Source: an uncultured Kistimonas sp. (lineage in GTDB: Bacteria > Pseudomonadota > Gammaproteobacteria > Pseudomonadales > Endozoicomonadaceae). From it: a stretch of 40,000 nucleotides of DNA. The notes beneath the pieces are model-generated. The model had not been told where the DNA came from. It made no database searches and saw only the letters and a list, made by a program, of their open reading frames with translations. Shown in pieces: positions 34,527-40,000 of the stretch (positions are counted from its first letter, which is position 1; every line of letters begins with the position of its first letter). The stretch lies in contig OZ220224.1 of NCBI GenBank assembly GCA_964291485.2, forward strand, positions 2,966,188 through 3,006,187, read 5' to 3'. The position numbers and the translations under genes were made by a program.

Positions 34527-36071
34527 TCACTCTTTCTTGCTCTCTCCTTTCCTGGGATAAGCAGCAGGCCTTGGCGGTACTTCAGGCTTTTCCCCACGGG
34601 AACTGGATTGAGCGGTTGACGCAGTCGTTACAGAGGATTCCTGTTTGAACTCATCATGCTGAGCATCAGTCATCAGGCTCGGTGGTGGTGCCGGGAATTC
34701 ATCAGATACATCATGCGACCCATCAACGCTAGGCGCTTCGGGCATTTCCCCTTCCATCTGACTAAAGGATTTATCATTCATTACCTCATCCGATGGAGCC
34801 GGGAATTGATCCGACACTTCAAATGCACCATGAGCCTCAGGGCTCGACTCGGCAATAGGTCGATTTGAAGAGGGTACGTCATAATGCCCGGCATCACTGT
34901 CACGCTCAGTTGATGAGGGATGTGCAGCAGCAGACGGCTGGCCTGCACCACTAACAGGACGCGGCGCCGGTGGCACATCATACACCACCTCCTCTGGTAA
35001 TATTGATTGAGATAACTCTGATCCGACCAGCGGAGTATCAGCATCATCCTCTACCGAATCCTTAACAGATGCGGCTGACTCTGCTGCTTTCATTGTTTTG
35101 GGAAGTGAAAGATTGAAGCCTATCTTACTCCGTAGCTTTTCAGCTAACATCGCTCTGTCAGTTGCACTCACTTCACCACAAGCCTCATGCAACAGATAAT
35201 CTGAACACGAGATGAGTTCATCTATCTCCTTATCCATAAGCCTCGCCTGCTCCAACAGCTTCTTTTTCAGCAGGTCACGTTGCAACACTGAAGCTTTATC
35301 AGTTTCTTCCAGCTCTTTGCACAGCGCATTATACCGTATTGCCAGATTTTCAAGCTGAGTGCCTTTCAGCACCTCCATAAGATCATCCTTAACCTTATGA
35401 AAATCTTTAGCTTTAACGCCATCAAACGTGTTGATAGCAAAGGTACGAAGCGAACGCTTTACTATCTGAAAAAATACCCATAATCGACTGTAGTGCTTTA
35501 TTTTGCGTATTGCCGGCTCATTGGGCTTTGTTGTTTCAGCGGTCAATTCATCAATAGACGCATAAGTATCATCAATTGCATCAAACTCAGATTGTGTGGG
35601 TGCTTCCGGTGCATCTTCTGCTGCACGAGCAACATCCTTTACCACCGAGCTATAAGTAACACCTTTCTCTTTTGTTAACTGTTCAAGCACCGATCCGAAC
35701 AGTGAAACCTGTTTAGCGTCAACGGCAACAGTGGAAGGTTCATCGACAGCGACTTCCGCATCGAAAGCGGGCTTGGTTTTTGTTCTCAGGTTACTGGCAT
35801 TGCCCGGTGCAGGTATCTTTACTTCCTCACCGTTTTTCATCAGTGCATTTTTACGCTCCTGCAGTGTTTTCCCCACAGGACTTTGCATTGAAGCCCCGCT
35901 TTCAGAACCTGCTCCCACAGGAGACTCAGCCTCAGCTGCTCCAACTTCAAACCTGTCCGTCCGTCCTTTTGTCTCTTGGACGCTTTCCTCATGAGAAGCG
36001 GCATCCTCATTCCCAAGCGGAAAAGAAACACCCGGGGTATTACCAGTAATAGTATTATTTCCTCTTGACAT
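34527..36071 (-). CDS. hypothetical protein, largely disordered with a central helical region (candidate translocated effector)
   Basis: 514 aa with no signal peptide. S/E/P/A-rich termini. Two YDVP motifs (34971..34982, 34872..34883). VSD(Q/E)FPAP is repeated twice. Proline-rich C-terminus (PEVPPRPAAYP). Confidence 0.55.
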   Translation of the reverse strand: MSRGNNTITGNTPGVSFPLGNEDAASHEESVQETKGRTDRFEVGAAEAESPVGAGSESGASMQSPVGKTLQERKNALMKNGEEVKIPAPGNASNLRTKTKPAFDAEVAVDEPSTVAVDAKQVSLFGSVLEQLTKEKGVTYSSVVKDVARAAEDAPEAPTQSEFDAIDDTYASIDELTAETTKPNEPAIRKIKHYSRLWVFFQIVKRSLRTFAINTFDGVKAKDFHKVKDDLMEVLKGTQLENLAIRYNALCKELEETDKASVLQRDLLKKKLLEQARLMDKEIDELISCSDYLLHEACGEVSATDRAMLAEKLRSKIGFNLSLPKTMKAAESAASVKDSVEDDADTPLVGSELSQSILPEEVVYDVPPAPRPVSGAGQPSAAAHPSSTERDSDAGHYDVPSSNRPIAESSPEAHGAFEVSDQFPAPSDEVMNDKSFSQMEGEMPEAPSVDGSHDVSDEFPAPPPSLMTDAQHDEFKQESSVTTASTAQSSSRGEKPEVPPRPAAYPRKGESKKE

Positions 36072-36319
36072 AAAAACGCTCCCTGCTTCCGCAATCCTTT
36101 ATTTGTGATTATAGATAAACAACCTTAAGAACCTTATTAAAAACAATATTCAGGCAATAAAAAATTAAACCAAAACCCAATAGAATATAACGAAATAAAA
36201 AAACAACCAAAACACTAAATCCCGTTAAAAAAACAAACAAACATATACCATAACCCTATCAAACACCCCAAAAACTCTATCATTATAAATAACACCAACA
36301 TTTTACAAGTGGCTAAAAA

Positions 36320-37720
36320 ATGTTTGATATCAAAGGCGGTGAAACCGTTGTTTTTTCAAAAGAACATCGTACAGATGCAGCAAAATTCGCAATGGAGATC
36401 AACAGTGGAAAAAAAGCCATCGTTGAGGCCATCAAAGCATTTTTCAGTTTAAGAGTCTCAATTGTTGCAAATGAAAAGACCAAAAACCATATAAAAGATT
36501 GCAAAGAAAAAGTAGACATCGCACTAAACAAGAATCTTGTCGATCGTGTCATAACCCCTCAAGGCTTTGATGCTCGTGTCAAAAGAGGCAAAGCCATGGA
36601 TTACGAGCGACAGGCTGTTATAAGGACATGGCCGTTCAAAGGCATCATGCATCCCGGCCACGCGGCCTTATCCGTGAAAAACGACCTTGAATGTGACGAC
36701 GGCCACACTTATATCAGCTGGTGGCCTAGTGACTCACGCATGAGTGGTATTACCAATCATTTTTCCAGTAATTCCCGAGTCGGAGAACTCATGACTGTAA
36801 GAGAGGGGTATTCATCTAAAGGCTACGTGAATGACAAATATGATGAACTTTCTGATCGAGCCCGCGTAAAGCTAAAGAATGGCGCATCAACAAGAGAAAG
36901 ACAAAAACCATTATCAAGCAGTATCGACAGGGACGACGACGCCACAGATGAAAGCCCATGGGGAGTATCGGCTGACAAGATTTATATCCCGTTACTCGGC
37001 TCCAATAAACTTAAGGGAGAAAAAAACAAAACATTCTTCACAGTCTTCGGCTTACACGAGGGAAAAATGGATTTATTTTGGAAAACCATTGAAAATGCAG
37101 AACGAGAAAATGAAGCAAAATACACTGCAAAGTATAAAATGTTCAGCAAACACAAAAGTTGTGTAGGAATGGTATTAACAGCATTAGAACAAGGCGGCGC
37201 GAACTTCTTCATAGATAACTTATGGCCATCAAAAACATCCGCAAACCCAAACTACCTGCATAAAAAATGCATCAAACTGCAAGAGAGAATTGATGGACTT
37301 AATGATAAGTCCTCAGCGATTCTAAAAAGCTTCCACGAAAAATTTCAGCAACTCAGCGAGAAAGAAGCAAACAAAGCAAAAAACAAAGAACTACGTACAA
37401 CTGTCGTTGAAATCAGAAAAAAACTGGATCGTTACCCCGACGAGAAAACCACAAGGGAAATGCGCTCTCTCTACAACAAATTTGACAAAATCGTGACCCT
37501 AGCTGGAGAAGGAAAGCTAACCCTATCTGAACTAACACCTATCAACATTAAAATTGTAGAAGAAATGACAAAACTACGGGAAAGCAATGTTAAATGGACA
37601 GACAATACAGAAATAGATTTCCTGTTTCTCAGTGCATTCAGAAAAGTATGTGATTTAATGAAGAAAGCCTATAAAACTGAAAACGCACTATACGAAGATT
37701 TAAACGACTCGCTAGATTAA
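36320..37720 (+). CDS. hypothetical protein; N-terminal His...Cys (permuted papain/PPPDE-like?) region + K/E-rich helical C-terminus (candidate effector)
   Basis: 466 aa in a very AT-rich segment. GIMHPGHAALSV...HTYISWWP (His114, 36659..36661) and KHKSCVGMVLTAL (Cys281, 37160..37162). No signal peptide. Confidence 0.5.
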   Translation: MFDIKGGETVVFSKEHRTDAAKFAMEINSGKKAIVEAIKAFFSLRVSIVANEKTKNHIKDCKEKVDIALNKNLVDRVITPQGFDARVKRGKAMDYERQAVIRTWPFKGIMHPGHAALSVKNDLECDDGHTYISWWPSDSRMSGITNHFSSNSRVGELMTVREGYSSKGYVNDKYDELSDRARVKLKNGASTRERQKPLSSSIDRDDDATDESPWGVSADKIYIPLLGSNKLKGEKNKTFFTVFGLHEGKMDLFWKTIENAERENEAKYTAKYKMFSKHKSCVGMVLTALEQGGANFFIDNLWPSKTSANPNYLHKKCIKLQERIDGLNDKSSAILKSFHEKFQQLSEKEANKAKNKELRTTVVEIRKKLDRYPDEKTTREMRSLYNKFDKIVTLAGEGKLTLSELTPINIKIVEEMTKLRESNVKWTDNTEIDFLFLSAFRKVCDLMKKAYKTENALYEDLNDSLD

Positions 37721-38013
37721 TGATATGCATCTGATCGCGGAACCATCATTGAGCAGCCCACACTGCTTCATATGGTAATGGCGTTCTCATACATACCCAT
37801 ATAATGAATGACAGCAACGCAATCTAAGAAAAAAACCAAAACACAGCGCTACGTACATCCCGCACCGCAAAGGGGCGAACCACTATTGTTGACCACCACC
37901 CTCCTGAATAAAGTGCGCGCTCATCCTGCCTGCAGGTGAATTGACAACCTTGAACGAATACAGGAACCATCCACAACGGGTGGTTTTTGCATTTCCATGG
38001 TAAAGGTATAACG

Positions 38014-39162
38014 ATGCAATCGACGCAAGCGGCTCCCCGTTCGGCAGCCAACCACAACTTCGCCCCTTGGCTGGGTGTTATCTTCCTGATCTACCTGCTG
38101 CTTGTGGCGGTTGGCATGATCGGCGCCGGGTTCAAATGGGCTTCCGGCGGTGCTGAAGGTGCACGCCAGCTGTTCGCTTTCGCTACCAACCCGCTGATGG
38201 GCCTGGTGGTCGGCGCCATGGCTACGGCCCTGGTACAATCTTCCAGTACCGTGACATCCGTCATTGTCGGTCTGGTGGCTGGCGGTCTGCCGGTACCCAC
38301 AGCCATTCCCATGATCATGGGTGCCAACCTGGGTACCACTGTAACCAACACCCTGGTGAGCATGGGCCATGTCGGCAAGCGCAAGGAGTTCCGTCGGGCA
38401 TTCTCTGCCGCCACGGTGCACGACTTCTTTAACCTGATGGCCGTGGCCATCTTCCTGCCGCTGGAAATCATGACCGGCTACCTGGCCAAAACATCAGAAT
38501 ACCTGGCCAGCCTGTTGGCAGGCGGCAGCAGCGTCAGCATCAAGGGTCTGGATTTCATCAAGCCACTGACCCAGCCTGTACTGGATGTCTTCAAAGACCT
38601 CTATGCCGGCCTGCCGGGCATCACTGGTGGCGTCATGCTGGCCTTGACCGGCCTGGCCTTTATTTTCCTGTCCATCGTGTTCCTGGGCAAACTGCTCAAG
38701 CGTCTTATGGTAGGGCGCGCCAAGGCGATTCTGCACAAGGCCATTGGTCGTGGCCCACTGACCGGTATCGCTTCCGGCACCCTGATGACCATCGCCGTAC
38801 AGTCTTCTTCCACCACTACCAGCCTGATCGTACCACTGGCAGGGAATGGACTGTTCAAACTGAAGGAGATCTACCCCTTTACCCTGGGCGCCAACATCGG
38901 CACCACCATTACAGCCCTGCTGGCAGCGACGGCGGTTTCAGGCAGTCACGCATTCTTTGCTCTGCAGATTGCCCTGGTTCACCTGCTTTTTAACCTGAGT
39001 GCCGTTATCCTTATCTATGGCATACCACAGCTGCGGAAGATTCCCCTGCGCACCGCACGGCGTTTTGCGCAGATTGCCAGCCGTCGCAAGTGGATCGTTC
39101 TTGCCTATGTTGCCGGGGTCTTCTTCATTATTCCCGGCCTGTTGATTGCTATCACTGCATAA
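38014..39162 (+). CDS. Na+/phosphate cotransporter family protein (NptA/YjbB-like, PF02690 type)
   Basis: Duplicated QSSS(T)xTS...GANLGTT(V/I)T motifs (VQSSSTVTSVIVGL...GANLGTTVTN; VQSSSTTTSLIVPL...GANIGTTITA). The ATG at 38014 is preferred over the TTG at 37987. Confidence 0.85.
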   Translation: MQSTQAAPRSAANHNFAPWLGVIFLIYLLLVAVGMIGAGFKWASGGAEGARQLFAFATNPLMGLVVGAMATALVQSSSTVTSVIVGLVAGGLPVPTAIPMIMGANLGTTVTNTLVSMGHVGKRKEFRRAFSAATVHDFFNLMAVAIFLPLEIMTGYLAKTSEYLASLLAGGSSVSIKGLDFIKPLTQPVLDVFKDLYAGLPGITGGVMLALTGLAFIFLSIVFLGKLLKRLMVGRAKAILHKAIGRGPLTGIASGTLMTIAVQSSSTTTSLIVPLAGNGLFKLKEIYPFTLGANIGTTITALLAATAVSGSHAFFALQIALVHLLFNLSAVILIYGIPQLRKIPLRTARRFAQIASRRKWIVLAYVAGVFFIIPGLLIAITA

Positions 39163-39174
39163 GAGAACCCTGCC

Positions 39175-39444
39175 ATGACGACAATGAAGGAATACAAGGC
39201 CCACCGGAAAGCCCTCAAGAAACAGATTGAGGAAACCCGGGCACTGCTGGAGCGTCTTGAGGCGGAGCTGGAAGAAGACCGGCACGAGATGCAACATGAG
39301 GAAGTGGACCATCTTGAGGAATACATCGAGAAGGCCCAGCCTCACATCAGCGACTTCCGCACACTGACCCAGACTGCGATGGAAGACCTCGGGAAATCCG
39401 TTCACCGACTGGTCGACGCAATCCGAGGCCAGAAAAAAGACTGA
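39175..39444 (+). CDS. small coiled-coil protein of unknown function
   Basis: 89 aa and highly charged (KKQIEETRALLERLEAELEEDRHEM). Starts 13 nt after the transporter stop and is followed by a strong terminator. Confidence 0.55.
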   Translation: MTTMKEYKAHRKALKKQIEETRALLERLEAELEEDRHEMQHEEVDHLEEYIEKAQPHISDFRTLTQTAMEDLGKSVHRLVDAIRGQKKD

Positions 39445-39446
39445 TA

Positions 39447-39477
39447 CAAAAAATGCCCCTTCCGGGGCATTTTTTTA
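39447..39477. terminator. bidirectional rho-independent terminator
   Basis: A-run, then TGCCCC (39454..39459), TTCC loop, GGGGCA (39464..39469), then T7. Confidence 0.85.
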
Positions 39478-39498
39478 TGGGGTAGAAACGTGCGATGT

Positions 39499-39975
39499 CT
39501 AGCGCACAATCTCATGGAAACGGGACAGGATGGTGTCAGCAATATCGAGTCGCTGAAAGGCTGACAAATTACTCATCCTCTCAAGATCCAGCCAGTGCAG
39601 ATGCAGATAAGGCGACCGAGCCTTGAACTCACGCAGATCACCTTTCTTGATAAGAGGCAGGAAACTGTCCTTTTTGCTGAGCACGCGCTCAAAGGCCTCA
39701 CTCAGGGGCAGGGTCACCCATTTTTTATCACCTTTGACCGGCATACGCATAAAAAAGCCCTCCTTCCCCAGCAATTCTCCGGGAAACAGCATGATATTAG
39801 AAGGCCTTACAGCGTCCGTCCTGACAGCATCAAACGTTTCATGCCACGCCTGTTCATCCGGCAAGATCTGTATTTCGTTTTCACCATATCCATCGGTGTA
39901 ATGCAGTCGGTAATTACTGTAGAGCTGACAGACACTTTCTGAATAAACACAGAATACATCGCGAAACTGCTGCAT
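39499..39975 (-). CDS. hypothetical protein
   Basis: A 158-aa ORF near the window edge. I recognise no motif, and the true N-terminus is uncertain. Confidence 0.45.
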   Translation of the reverse strand: MQQFRDVFCVYSESVCQLYSNYRLHYTDGYGENEIQILPDEQAWHETFDAVRTDAVRPSNIMLFPGELLGKEGFFMRMPVKGDKKWVTLPLSEAFERVLSKKDSFLPLIKKGDLREFKARSPYLHLHWLDLERMSNLSAFQRLDIADTILSRFHEIVR

Positions 39976-40000
39976 GTAATTGTAGGCTTTCTGCTGATGA

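Overview
This looks like a gammaproteobacterial chromosomal window. The conserved backbone is rlmJ, a Cof-type HAD hydrolase, a histidine acid phosphatase, tRNA-Pro, an alpha-carbonic anhydrase, a DUF3050 protein, an autotransporter, an MFS transporter, merR-like/ihfA/pheT/pheS, and a Na/Pi cotransporter. The composition and the many eukaryote-like or effector-like genes would fit a host-associated marine lineage such as Endozoicomonas, but that is only a guess. The most interesting part is roughly 14.7-24.6 kb. It is a low-GC, integrase-less cluster of integron-type cassettes with all ORFs on the minus strand: an unknown 290-aa protein, a class II Fic protein and a HEPN-like protein. Its attC sites only become recognisable after mentally excising the mobile elements inserted in them: a class C-like group II intron, an IS3-family IS with a CGG target duplication, and probably an IS91-family element. 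A second IS3-family IS (GAG duplication) cuts the HEPN-like gene. The cluster abuts a tRNA-Pro(GGG) gene. That gene is preceded by a tandemly duplicated 107-bp repeat plus a 51-bp tRNA 3' fragment, which look like island att scars. An identical tRNA-Pro copy lies 20.7 kb away. Other accessory content: two tandem paralogous WD40-like propeller proteins; a CARB/PSE-like class A beta-lactamase (RSG motif); a class-3-lipase-like protein next to a lipoprotein; and a divergent AT-rich pair of effector-like genes upstream of pheS, one with two YDVP motifs and one with a His...Cys permuted-papain-like signature. I saw no CRISPR array, rRNA or integron integrase. All functional calls come from motif recognition by eye; no database search or folding program was available.
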